A DNA stretch of 36,639 bases, taken from contig JAITPH010000194.1 in NCBI GenBank assembly GCA_031289515.1, positions 1 through 36,639 on the forward strand, in the 5' to 3' direction. The notes below the pieces were generated by a model. It saw nothing but the letters and a program-made list of their open reading frames with translations, was not told the DNA's origin and made no database searches. The translations under genes were made by a program, and so were the position numbers. How positions within the stretch are numbered: position 1 is the first letter of the stretch; each line of letters opens with the position of its first letter. This document shows positions 20,627 to 30,035 of the stretch, piece by piece. The DNA comes from Tannerella sp. Lineage in GTDB: Bacteria; Bacteroidota; Bacteroidia; Bacteroidales; Tannerellaceae.

Positions 20627-21640
20627 ATGTTTGAAGCCATGCAGAATAAACTGAAGTCTGCATTAGAATCGACATTCGTCAGGATGACGACATTCTTTAT
20701 GCGCCAACGATGGAAGGAGATATTGATATTTCTTTTCTTCCTGTTGTTGTCGTTCGGATTTTGGTTTCTGCAAAGCCTGCAAGACTATTATGAACGCAGG
20801 GTAGAACTGCCTTTGCGTTATAAAGATGTACCGTCGGAATGGATTCTCTCGGAGAATAATCCGCAAAAAATAAGCATAGCGATAAAGGACAGAGGCACGA
20901 CTTTGTTGTATTATTCAAGCAAAGCCACTTTTACGCCTGTCGAAATATCAGTCGCCAAATTGCCCCGCTCGTCGGATTCGTCGCTTTTCGTTTCGAGCCG
21001 TATGCTCGAATCCGCCGTGTCGAAGCAGCTGATTTCGTCTACGTCGGTAGTATCTATAGATCCGCGCGAAGTCGAAGTCGTTTTCGATTCGTTATGCTAC
21101 CGGACGGTTCCTGTCGTCGCCAATGTTAAGGTTAATACCCGGCCGGGTTATAAAATATCCGACGAAATCACAATATCTCAGGAAAAAGTCCGTTTATACG
21201 GCAATGCAGGGATGCTCGAAAAAATTAACGAGGTAAAAACAGCGCCGGTAACATTGGACGACGTCTCAAAAAAGAGAGAAATAACCGCTCAGCTGGACTT
21301 GCCGCCGGGAGTGAAGTCGGAGATAGAAACGGTGAAAATCACTATTCCTGTCGAGGAATTTACAGAGAAGGTAATGCAAATTCCGGTTATTTGTCCCGAC
21401 GTTCCGTCCGATTATGTGCTGCGGATATTTCCTTCGACCGTCAAGGCGACATGCAACATACCTTTTTCGCGCTACAAGGAACTGACAGCCGAATCGCTCG
21501 AAATAAAGATACCTTTCAGCGATTTTAAAGACAATCAGCCGACAGGCAAAGTCTTGGTCGAACTGACGGCAAAACCTTCGTGGGTCACAAACGCCGCAAT
21601 ATCGCCGAATGAACTTGAATTTATCATCGAACATAAATAA
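20627..21640 (+). CDS. YbbR/CdaR-like domain membrane-anchored protein
   Basis: Single N-terminal TM (FLFFLLLSFGFWFLQ), beta-rich repeats with VEEFTEK; yajC-X-coaE position typical of Bacteroidota. Confidence 0.8.
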   Translation: MFEAMQNKLKSALESTFVRMTTFFMRQRWKEILIFLFFLLLSFGFWFLQSLQDYYERRVELPLRYKDVPSEWILSENNPQKISIAIKDRGTTLLYYSSKATFTPVEISVAKLPRSSDSSLFVSSRMLESAVSKQLISSTSVVSIDPREVEVVFDSLCYRTVPVVANVKVNTRPGYKISDEITISQEKVRLYGNAGMLEKINEVKTAPVTLDDVSKKREITAQLDLPPGVKSEIETVKITIPVEEFTEKVMQIPVICPDVPSDYVLRIFPSTVKATCNIPFSRYKELTAESLEIKIPFSDFKDNQPTGKVLVELTAKPSWVTNAAISPNELEFIIEHK

Positions 21641-21643
21641 GCA

Positions 21644-22228
21644 ATGAAGAAGATAGGAATCACAGGAGGCATAGGAGGCGGTAAATCGGTAGTATCCAAG
21701 CTATTGATGCTTGCCGGTATTCCTGTTTATATGGCTGACGACGAAAGCAAGCGACTTACGGATACGTCGCCTGCCATAAAGATGAAACTCAAAAGTATGT
21801 TCGGCGATGATATATACATTGATGAAAGGCTTGACCGCAAGCGTTTTGCGTCAATTATTTTTGGAGACGAAACGATACTGCACGAAGTGAACGGCATTAT
21901 TCATCCTGTCGTGAAGGATGACTTTGAAGAATGGATCGGGCGGCAGACGTCAAGACATTGCGCAATGGAATCCGCTATCCTGTATGAATCGGGATTGGAT
22001 AAGGAAGTCGACGTCGTCCTTATGGTATACGCTCCGGTCGATATGCGAATGACGCGCGTTATGCTTCGCGACGGCGCTACCGAAGCCGATATTATGAAAC
22101 GCATGAATCGCCAGATGCCCGAAGCGCTGAAGCGAAAACAGGCGGACTACGTTATAATAAACGACGGAGTGCAGGCATTAATGCCTCAAGTAGAGAATTT
22201 TATAAAATTTTTACCTACAAATATATGA
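21644..22228 (+). CDS. coaE: Dephospho-CoA kinase
   Basis: IGITGGIGGGKS P-loop, IIHPVV, ESAILYES, ADYVIINDG. Confidence 0.96.
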   Translation: MKKIGITGGIGGGKSVVSKLLMLAGIPVYMADDESKRLTDTSPAIKMKLKSMFGDDIYIDERLDRKRFASIIFGDETILHEVNGIIHPVVKDDFEEWIGRQTSRHCAMESAILYESGLDKEVDVVLMVYAPVDMRMTRVMLRDGATEADIMKRMNRQMPEALKRKQADYVIINDGVQALMPQVENFIKFLPTNI

Positions 22229-22779
22229 ATGAAGAAATAAAACAAATTGCCGAACGACTTAAAGGTCTTCGGGATGTATTGGAAATCAGCGTTGGAGAAG
22301 TGGCCGAAGTATGCAAAATTTCTCCCGACGAGTATCTGAAAATTGAGAGCGGCACGGTAGACATATCCGTCAGCATACTCCACAGGATTTCGCAGGCTTA
22401 CGAAGTAGAACTGACTACGCTGATGTTTGGCGACGAGCCGAAAATGAGTTCTTATTTTGTCACCCGAAAGAGCAAAGGCATATCGGTCGAGCGCACGAAA
22501 GCGTATAAGTATCAGTCGCTTGCCGCAGGATTCTCGAAACGTAAGGCAGATCCGTTTATGGTCACCGTCCATCCCAAACCCGACAGCGAGTCTGTTTACC
22601 TGAACACGCACACCGGTCAGGAGTATAACTACGTGATATGCGGACGAATGTTACTTCAGATAAACGGAAAGGAAATTATCCTCGAAGAAGGCGACAGCAT
22701 CTATTTTAATTCCGAATTGCCGCATGGGATGAAAGCTCTTGACGGTAAAGAAGTGAAATTTTTGGCGATAATACTCTGA
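22225..22779 (+). CDS. XRE-family HTH plus cupin domain transcriptional regulator
   Basis: N-terminal HTH (RLKGLRD..YLKIESG), cupin motifs HTGQEYNYV and GDSIYFNSELPHGM; ATGA overlap with coaE. Confidence 0.9.
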   Translation: MNEEIKQIAERLKGLRDVLEISVGEVAEVCKISPDEYLKIESGTVDISVSILHRISQAYEVELTTLMFGDEPKMSSYFVTRKSKGISVERTKAYKYQSLAAGFSKRKADPFMVTVHPKPDSESVYLNTHTGQEYNYVICGRMLLQINGKEIILEEGDSIYFNSELPHGMKALDGKEVKFLAIIL

Positions 22780-22813
22780 TATTTAACAGCAAACAATTAT
22801 AATTAACTTGAAG

Positions 22814-24478
22814 ATGGTAGAACGATTTTTGGAGCAAACGACGTTTGAGTCGCAGGAAGACTTTAAGAAAAATTTCAAGATTACAATACCCGAAAATTTC
22901 AATTTCGGATATGACGTAGTCGACGCTTGGGCTGAAACGGAGCCTCAAAAAAAAGCGCTTTGTTGGACAAACGACAAGGGCGATCATATAGATTTCACCT
23001 TCGCCGAAATGAAAGACTGTTCGGATAGGACGGCTTCATATTTTCAGTCGTTAGGTATCGGAAGCGGCGATATGGTGATGCTGATGCTGAAACGGCGCTT
23101 CGAGTTCTGGTTTTCGATAGTAGCCTTGCATAAACTTGGCGCCGTCGTCATTCCGGCAACTCATCTGCTGACGAAAAAAGATATTATATACCGCGCAAAT
23201 GCTGCCGGTATAAAGATGATTGTCTGCACCGGCGAGGACATTATCCTTGAGCATATCACGGAAGCGATGCCCGATTCTCCGACGGTGAAGCAACTCGTTT
23301 CGATAGGTCCGCTGGTACCCGACGGTTTCGGCGATTTTCATAAAGGCATGGACAATGCTGCTCCTTTCGTGCGCCCTGCAAAGGTTAATACAAACGACGA
23401 TACTTCTATAATGTATTTCACGTCCGGCACTTCCGGCGAGCCTAAAATGGTCATACACAATTTCCTGTATCCTCTCGGACACATCACGACCGGCAGTATG
23501 TGGCACAATCTTAAAGAAGACAGCCTGCATCTTACAATAGCCGATACCGGATGGGGCAAGGCTGTCTGGGGAAAACTGTACGGACAGTGGATTGCAGGCG
23601 CTACGGTATTCGTATACGACCACGAAAAGTTTACTCCTGCCGATATGTTGCAGAAGATTCAGGACTATGGGATAACGTCGCTTTGCGCGCCGCCGACTAT
23701 CTTCCGCTTCCTCATACGCGAAGATTTGTCGAAATACGATTTGTCGTCGTTGAAATACTGTACCATTGCAGGCGAAGCCCTCAATCCTGCCGTCTTCGAT
23801 TCGTTTTATAAATTGACGGGAATAAAGCTGATGGAAGGATTCGGACAGACGGAGACAACTCTCTCGATATGTACTTTTCCGTGGACTACGCCGAAACCCG
23901 GCTCTATGGGATTGCCGAATCCGCAATATGACGTCGATTTGCTGCGCCCCGACGGTACAAAAGCCGAAGACGGCGAACAGGGACAGATAGTGATTCGTAC
24001 CGGTAACAAGCCGATTGGATTATTCAAGGAATATTACCGCGATCCTGAACTTACATATAATGCCATGCACGACGGTATTTATTATACAGGCGACGTGGCT
24101 TGGCGCGATGAGGATGGCTACTATTGGTTTGTAGGTCGTGCCGACGATGTCATAAAGAGTTCGGGATATCGCATAGGTCCGTTTGAAGTCGAAAGCGCCC
24201 TGATGACGCATCCTGCTGTTGTAGAGTGCGCTATAACAGGCGTTCCCGATGAAATACGCGGTCAGATTGTGAAAGCTACCATCGTTCTGTCGAAAGAATA
24301 TAAAAGCAAAGCCGGCGAAACGCTCGTGAAAGAGATTCAGGAACATGTGAAAAAGATTACCGCGCCTTACAAATATCCGCGTATAGTGGAGTTTGTCGAC
24401 GAATTGCCCAAGACAATAAGCGGCAAGATACGGCGCGTCGAAATACGGTCGCAAGGCAACAAGCAAGTATCTGATTAA
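22814..24478 (+). CDS. AMP-binding acyl-CoA synthetase (medium-chain/AAE-like)
   Basis: YFTSGTSGEPK, GFGQTET, YYTGD, GRADDVIKSSGYRIGPFEVES, LPKTISGKIRR. Confidence 0.92.
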   Translation: MVERFLEQTTFESQEDFKKNFKITIPENFNFGYDVVDAWAETEPQKKALCWTNDKGDHIDFTFAEMKDCSDRTASYFQSLGIGSGDMVMLMLKRRFEFWFSIVALHKLGAVVIPATHLLTKKDIIYRANAAGIKMIVCTGEDIILEHITEAMPDSPTVKQLVSIGPLVPDGFGDFHKGMDNAAPFVRPAKVNTNDDTSIMYFTSGTSGEPKMVIHNFLYPLGHITTGSMWHNLKEDSLHLTIADTGWGKAVWGKLYGQWIAGATVFVYDHEKFTPADMLQKIQDYGITSLCAPPTIFRFLIREDLSKYDLSSLKYCTIAGEALNPAVFDSFYKLTGIKLMEGFGQTETTLSICTFPWTTPKPGSMGLPNPQYDVDLLRPDGTKAEDGEQGQIVIRTGNKPIGLFKEYYRDPELTYNAMHDGIYYTGDVAWRDEDGYYWFVGRADDVIKSSGYRIGPFEVESALMTHPAVVECAITGVPDEIRGQIVKATIVLSKEYKSKAGETLVKEIQEHVKKITAPYKYPRIVEFVDELPKTISGKIRRVEIRSQGNKQVSD

Positions 24479-24484
24479 CCGTCT

Positions 24485-26533
24485 TTATTGCTCGTATTTG
24501 TAATCGACGTAGCCGTCTACAACAGGACAGGTATTTGCATTGTTAATGTAGTACTTGTCGCCTTCTTTTCTCATGATGTAAGCGACGACGCGGCAATTTG
24601 AGTAGTTAATGGTGCGTTTTGACGTAACGACGCGGTTTGTTGCAATCGAGAAACTTTCCGTTACTTCCTGTCCCGCTTCGATTGTTCCCAACGATTTGCC
24701 CGACGTAATCGGAGCGTCAGGCATTGTATACGTAGCAACGCCGAAATGCATGAACGTACTGTCGTAGTAAGCCAAAGCCATGGAATTATTGGGATATATG
24801 CGTTGCGGTTTGATTATGGAATCTTCTACAATTACGGCGCAAACACTGTATTCATGCGTATAATAAGCCTTGATTTTAAGGGTGATACTTATGTTGTCGT
24901 CATATTTTTGAGATTCGATAGCTATTCCGGCTGCCACCGGATGAATATATTTCATGCGGTTATGAGCAGACAATACTGCTTCGGGAGTACGGGAATAGAG
25001 TTTTTCATCCAAATCTACTATCCCGAAAGGATATGATCCGATATTATAGAAGTCAATAAAATCTTCCGTTTTAACATCCGAACTTCCAAGATCGCTGTCG
25101 TATGGGTGTATCGACATTATCTGTACCTTGTCGGAATTATTCTTATGTACGCTAAAGAATGCCTGCATCATTTGCGGAGAATAGCCGCACCATGTAGCAA
25201 CGGCCTCCATTGCGACAGATTGCTTAAAGAATTTACTGTTAACGGTTATGACAACGTCTTCGGATTTGATGTCTCCGAATTGGGCATAGAAAATGTACGT
25301 GCCGGGCGTAAAAGACGAAAATTTATAACCGGGCGGCAGCGCCATGTAATCCTTAATGTATATTACGGCGTCGTCAATGCTTTTTCCGTCAACGCTCACA
25401 GTAAATGTCGCGCTGTCTGTGCCGGAGGCGATTATTTGATCTTTGTCGACAGAAAGCGTGATATTAGCCGGCAAAACTTCTATATCGATACTGTTGGATT
25501 GAACGTCGTCGTAAACGGCAAAAATAGTATATGAGCCGAATGACGAAGGCGTAAAAGTGTTGCCGTCAATTATTTCATCGGTATCGTCATGTACAACGTG
25601 TAAAACGATTTCCGACGTTACGTCTGTTGTCTCGCCTGAAATGGCGGTTACGGTTATGCTCTCGTTTGTCGAAACGGTTGTCCTGTCCGCAGTAATCAAC
25701 AGATTTATGTTGAGGACTTCGATGCTGACGGTATCGGAAGCCATATCGTCGTATTGGGCAAAAAACTCATAATTGCCGTATATATTCGATACGAAGACGT
25801 TGCTATCGATTTTTATGGCATTGCCGTCTTCTATAAGCATTATTTCGGCTTCCTGCGTGATGTCGTCCTCGTCTGCCGTCACGGTGAAAGTGACCGCATC
25901 CTTTCCGTTTGCCTTGATGGAAGTCGTATCTGCACGCATTTTGAGATAGACAGTAGCGTTGATTTGAACATCCGGAGATGTATAATCTCCGTAAGTAGCA
26001 TAAAATGAGTAAATTCCCGGCTTCTTTGTAGAAAACGTATTATCCGTAAGCGGAGAGTTGTCGTTTTCGTCTATTCTACGGATTATCGTAGCCTTGTCGC
26101 TCACGTCCGTTCCGTCTTCGGTGACGGAAAATGTGACGATGTCTATGCCGTTTGCCTTTATTGATGCGGTATCTGCCGTCATAAGAACCACGACGGCCGA
26201 TGCGTCAACTTGAATTTCAGGCGATTTATGCAGCCCGTGAGTTGCGTAAAAAGTATACGAACCCGGAACGTTTGTCGAAAACTTGGTTCCCGAAATGGTA
26301 GTGTTGGGGTCGCCTTTAATATGGATTACGGAAGAGTTGCTGGCGTCCGTTCCGTCGACATCCACGGTAAAGGTTACGGCATCTATACCGTTTGATTTCA
26401 GATAATTCCTGTCCGCTTTTAACGATACGACCGGATCGGGAACAAGGTCTTCATTCTTCTCCGAACAACTTATGTATAGTACGGAATACAGTAGTATACA
26501 TAGAAAATTAACAATGATTCTTTTTAGCTTCAT
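24485..26533 (-). CDS. Omp28-related outer-membrane lipoprotein with five N-terminal Ig-like repeats
   Basis: Lipoprotein signal ending LYISC followed by acidic SEKNED; five ~80-aa beta-rich repeats; thioredoxin-like ATWCGYSP followed by IH..SD, SYPFGIVD, VIVED and a C-terminal VVAYI..YINNA. -7 box TACCTTTG at 26561-26554. Confidence 0.8.
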   Translation of the reverse strand: MKLKRIIVNFLCILLYSVLYISCSEKNEDLVPDPVVSLKADRNYLKSNGIDAVTFTVDVDGTDASNSSVIHIKGDPNTTISGTKFSTNVPGSYTFYATHGLHKSPEIQVDASAVVVLMTADTASIKANGIDIVTFSVTEDGTDVSDKATIIRRIDENDNSPLTDNTFSTKKPGIYSFYATYGDYTSPDVQINATVYLKMRADTTSIKANGKDAVTFTVTADEDDITQEAEIMLIEDGNAIKIDSNVFVSNIYGNYEFFAQYDDMASDTVSIEVLNINLLITADRTTVSTNESITVTAISGETTDVTSEIVLHVVHDDTDEIIDGNTFTPSSFGSYTIFAVYDDVQSNSIDIEVLPANITLSVDKDQIIASGTDSATFTVSVDGKSIDDAVIYIKDYMALPPGYKFSSFTPGTYIFYAQFGDIKSEDVVITVNSKFFKQSVAMEAVATWCGYSPQMMQAFFSVHKNNSDKVQIMSIHPYDSDLGSSDVKTEDFIDFYNIGSYPFGIVDLDEKLYSRTPEAVLSAHNRMKYIHPVAAGIAIESQKYDDNISITLKIKAYYTHEYSVCAVIVEDSIIKPQRIYPNNSMALAYYDSTFMHFGVATYTMPDAPITSGKSLGTIEAGQEVTESFSIATNRVVTSKRTINYSNCRVVAYIMRKEGDKYYINNANTCPVVDGYVDYKYEQ
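25235..26431 (-). repeat. Five degenerate tandem protein repeats (~80 aa each)
   Basis: Consensus L/M-x-AD-x3-I-x-ANG-x-D-x-VTFTV..DG.D ... F....PG.Y.FYA.Y....S..V.I, with units starting near aa 38, 118, 199, 280 and 360 of the ORF-track protein. Confidence 0.85.
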
Positions 26534-26683
26534 TTTTTGCAAATTAGAGGGTACAAAGGTAGATATTCTTTTTGTAAAAATAAGAGCTTGAACTGATAAA
26601 AATACTTAATTAATCATTTGATTGCGAGAAACGCTGTTTTTTTCTGAAATTTTGTCTTACTTTTGTGATTCGTTTTTAAAGGT

Positions 26684-27766
26684 ATGTTTCAGTATAAGAG
26701 AATAGCAGTTAAGGTAGGAAGCAGTGTCCTGACGCGGAGCGACGGAACATTGAATGTGACGCGGATGTCTGCTCTGGTAGACCAGATAGCCGATTTGCGC
26801 TGCAATGGCGTAGTGGTGGTTTTGATTTCGTCCGGGGCTGTGGCATCGGGGCGAAGCGAGATAAAACCCGACAGGAAAATAGACGCCGTTTCGGCAAGGC
26901 AGCTGTACTCAACCGTAGGTCAAGCCAAACTGATAAACCGCTATTACGAATTGTTTCGCGAGCATAACCTTTCGTGCGGTCAGGTTTTGACGATGAAAGA
27001 TAACTTCGGCACGCGCCGCAATTACCTGAATCAGAGACACTGCATGAACGTGATGCTTGAGAATGGCGTTATTCCGATAGTAAACGAGAACGACGCCGTT
27101 TCGGTAACGGAGCTTATGTTTACCGACAATGACGAGCTTTCGGGTCTGATTGCCGCAATGATGAGCATGGATGCGCTTGTTATTCTGACTAATGTCGATG
27201 GAATTTACGACGGCGACCCATCTTCGCCGGATTCTAAGGTGATAAGAGAAATAACCGATGCCGGGCAGAATGCGTCGTCATACGTGCAGACTGTAAAATC
27301 GCAGTTCGGACGCGGCGGAATGTTGACAAAATGCAGTATAGCGCGCAAAGTAGCCGACGAAGGAATAGCCGTCGTCATAGCAAACGGTATGCGCGACAAT
27401 ATACTGACGGACGTTCTTAAAAAAGACGCTTCGGTTGTATGTACCCGCTTCCGTCCGTCGCCAAAATCGGTAAGCAATGTCAAGAAATGGATTTCTCATT
27501 CCGAAGGCTTTGCCAAAGGCGAGGTAATCGTAAACGACGGAGCGCGCGACGCATTGCTTCAGCCGAAGGCTACAAGCGTATTGTTTATTGGCGTGACCGG
27601 TATTACCGGCGACTTTGAAAAAGACGATATTCTCAGGATAATCGATAGTTCGGGCAGGCAGATAGGCGTCGGATGCGCCGGATTTAACAGCGAAGAAGCC
27701 CGCAAGCGTATCGGCAAACATTCCGATAAACCTGTAATTCATTATGATTATCTATATTTGGATTGA
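26684..27766 (+). CDS. proB: Glutamate 5-kinase with PUA domain
   Basis: VKVGSSVL, IVNENDAVS, FTDNDELS, GRGGMLTK; -7 box TACTTTTG at 26658-26665. Confidence 0.97.
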   Translation: MFQYKRIAVKVGSSVLTRSDGTLNVTRMSALVDQIADLRCNGVVVVLISSGAVASGRSEIKPDRKIDAVSARQLYSTVGQAKLINRYYELFREHNLSCGQVLTMKDNFGTRRNYLNQRHCMNVMLENGVIPIVNENDAVSVTELMFTDNDELSGLIAAMMSMDALVILTNVDGIYDGDPSSPDSKVIREITDAGQNASSYVQTVKSQFGRGGMLTKCSIARKVADEGIAVVIANGMRDNILTDVLKKDASVVCTRFRPSPKSVSNVKKWISHSEGFAKGEVIVNDGARDALLQPKATSVLFIGVTGITGDFEKDDILRIIDSSGRQIGVGCAGFNSEEARKRIGKHSDKPVIHYDYLYLD

Positions 27767-27772
27767 AACAGC

Positions 27773-27830
27773 TTATAAAAATGATTGAAATAATAAGAAA
27801 TTTATGAAAGTAATTGAAATGATAAGAAAT
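27773..27830 (+). repeat. 29-nt imperfect tandem duplication spanning the proB-proA spacer and the proA start
   Basis: TTATAAAAATGATTGAAATAATAAGAAAT (27773-27801) versus TTATGAAAGTAATTGAAATGATAAGAAAT (27802-27830): 25/29 identical, all differences A/G. Confidence 0.8.
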
Positions 27831-29051
27831 GCAGCCCTTGCCGCCGATTCGGTGGCAAATGTAGGCGAAGAAAAGATAAACGGAATTTTAAGAGACGCCG
27901 CCAATGCCCTTATTGCATCCAAAGATTCCGTACTGTTTGCAAATGACAACGACTTATCGCGCATGGATCAGTATGATCTCAAATACGATCGCCTGAAACT
28001 GACTAAGGAGCGAATCGACGGTATTGCCGAAGATATGCGACAGGTGGCTTTGCTGCAATCGCCTGTAGGCAAATGTTTGAGCCATGCAGTCCGTCCGAAC
28101 GGCATGACGATACGCAAGATGTCTGTACCGTTCGGCGTCGTCGGCGTCATCTATGAAGCGCGTCCAAACGTTACTTTCGACGTGTTTTCCCTTTGTCTCA
28201 AGTCCGGTAACGTCTGCCTGCTGAAAGGCGGCTCCGACGCTTACGATACGAATGTAGCCCTCGTGAAAATAATCCGGGAAGTATTAATAAAGCATGGCGT
28301 TAATACAGCCGCCTGCACGTTGCTTCCGCCCGAACGCGAAGCTGCGACGGCATTGTTGCAAGCCGTCGGTTATGTAGATTTGGTAATACCGCGCGGAAGC
28401 GCTTCCTTAATAGATTATGTACGCAAGAACGCCGAAGTTCCTGTAATTGAAACCGGCGCAGGCGTTTGCCATACGTATTTCGATAAGTATGGCGACAGAG
28501 AGATAGGACACGAGATTGTAACCAATGCCAAGACGCGCCGCGTAAGCGTTTGCAACGCCCTCGACTGCCTTGTTATTCATAGTGAAAGAGTGGACGATTT
28601 GCCTCCTATTTGCCAAAAACTGTCCGACAACGACGTTATCATTTACGCCGACGAGCCTTCAAAAAAAGCGCTGACAGGCCGCTATCCGGCCTACTTGCTG
28701 AAGTCGTCGACAAGCGATAGTTATGGTACGGAATTTCTTGATTATAAGATGAGTATACGAACTGTCGACAGTATAGAAAAAGCGATTGAGCATATTAAGT
28801 TGTACGGCTCGAAACATAGCGAATGTATAATAAGCGAATCGAAGGAAGCAATAGCCTTATTTGAGCAAAAAGTGGATGCCGCCTGCATCTATGCCAATGT
28901 TTCGACAGCGTTCACCGACGGAGCGCAATTCGGCTTCGGCGCCGAAATAGGCATAAGCACTCAAAAGATGCACGTCCGCGGTCCTGTGGCGCTGCCCGAC
29001 CTTACTACATATAAATATATAATAGAAGGAAAAGGACAAACGCGCAATTGA
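27804..29051 (+). CDS. proA: Gamma-glutamyl phosphate reductase
   Basis: GVIYEARPNVT, IPRGS, VCNALD (catalytic Cys), FGFGAEIGISTQKMHVRGP. Confidence 0.97.
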   Translation: MKVIEMIRNAALAADSVANVGEEKINGILRDAANALIASKDSVLFANDNDLSRMDQYDLKYDRLKLTKERIDGIAEDMRQVALLQSPVGKCLSHAVRPNGMTIRKMSVPFGVVGVIYEARPNVTFDVFSLCLKSGNVCLLKGGSDAYDTNVALVKIIREVLIKHGVNTAACTLLPPEREAATALLQAVGYVDLVIPRGSASLIDYVRKNAEVPVIETGAGVCHTYFDKYGDREIGHEIVTNAKTRRVSVCNALDCLVIHSERVDDLPPICQKLSDNDVIIYADEPSKKALTGRYPAYLLKSSTSDSYGTEFLDYKMSIRTVDSIEKAIEHIKLYGSKHSECIISESKEAIALFEQKVDAACIYANVSTAFTDGAQFGFGAEIGISTQKMHVRGPVALPDLTTYKYIIEGKGQTRN

Positions 29052-29081
29052 TTTTGAAATAATTTTTAAAGTATTACATAT

Positions 29082-30035
29082 ATGAGACATTTTACAAAAG
29101 TAGAAGATATCGGCGACATAAAACAAGCCGTGTCGGACGCATTGGAGATAAAGAAAGACCGTTTTCGTTACGCGGAACTCGGACGTAACAGGACGCTTAT
29201 GTTGCTGTTTTTCAATTCGAGCCTCCGCACGCGCCTCAGCACCCAGAAGGCCGCGATGAATCTTGGCATGAACACAATCGTCCTCGATGTCAATCAGGGT
29301 GCATGGAAGCTCGAAACAGAGCGGGGAGTGATAATGGACGGCGACAAACCCGAACATCTTTTGGAAGCTATTCCTGTGATGGGTTGTTATTGCGACATTA
29401 TCGGCGTCCGTTCGTTTGCCCGTTTTGAAAGTAAGGAGGATGATTATAATGAGAAGATTATCAGTCAGTTTATAAAATTTTCCGGTCGTCCGGTCTTCAG
29501 TATGGAAGCGGCGACCAGACATCCGTTGCAGAGCTACGCCGACCTGATTACTATTGAGGAGTACAAGAAAACAGAGCGTCCGAAAATCGTAATGACATGG
29601 GCGCCTCATCCGAAGCAGTTGCCGCAGGCAGTGCCTAACAGCTTTGCCGAATGGATTAACGCAGCCGGATATGAACTTGTAATCACTCATCCCGAAGGTT
29701 ATGACTTAGACCCGATGTTTGTCGGAGCCGCCCGCGTCGAATACGACCGGCGCAAAGCCTTTGAGGGCGCTGATTTCGTGTACGCCAAAAACTGGGCTGC
29801 ATACAAAGACCCGAACTACGGACGAATATTATCGACCGACCGCGCATGGACAGTCGATTCGGAGACGATGGCGCTGACCGACAATGCGTATTTCATGCAC
29901 TGCCTGCCTGTTCGCCGGAATATGATTGTCACGGACGAAGTGATAGAAAGCCCGCAAAGCATAGTCATACCCGAAGCCGCCAACCGCGAGATTTCGGCTC
30001 AGGCTGTTCTGAAGAAGATTCTTGAAAGCCTCTGA
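29082..30035 (+). CDS. argF': N-succinyl-L-ornithine transcarbamylase (acetylornithine carbamoyltransferase family)
   Basis: FFNSSLRT, HPLQ, TWAPHP, HCLP motifs; Pro at residue 90 (MDGDKPEH), the residue that marks the Bacteroides fragilis succinyl-specific enzyme. Confidence 0.9.
   Translation: MRHFTKVEDIGDIKQAVSDALEIKKDRFRYAELGRNRTLMLLFFNSSLRTRLSTQKAAMNLGMNTIVLDVNQGAWKLETERGVIMDGDKPEHLLEAIPVMGCYCDIIGVRSFARFESKEDDYNEKIISQFIKFSGRPVFSMEAATRHPLQSYADLITIEEYKKTERPKIVMTWAPHPKQLPQAVPNSFAEWINAAGYELVITHPEGYDLDPMFVGAARVEYDRRKAFEGADFVYAKNWAAYKDPNYGRILSTDRAWTVDSETMALTDNAYFMHCLPVRRNMIVTDEVIESPQSIVIPEAANREISAQAVLKKILESL

Noticed and set aside
24485-26533. Repeat protein as a diversity-generating retroelement or shufflon target
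   Set aside because: Repeats are diverged at DNA level; no reverse transcriptase, template repeat or recombinase in the window.
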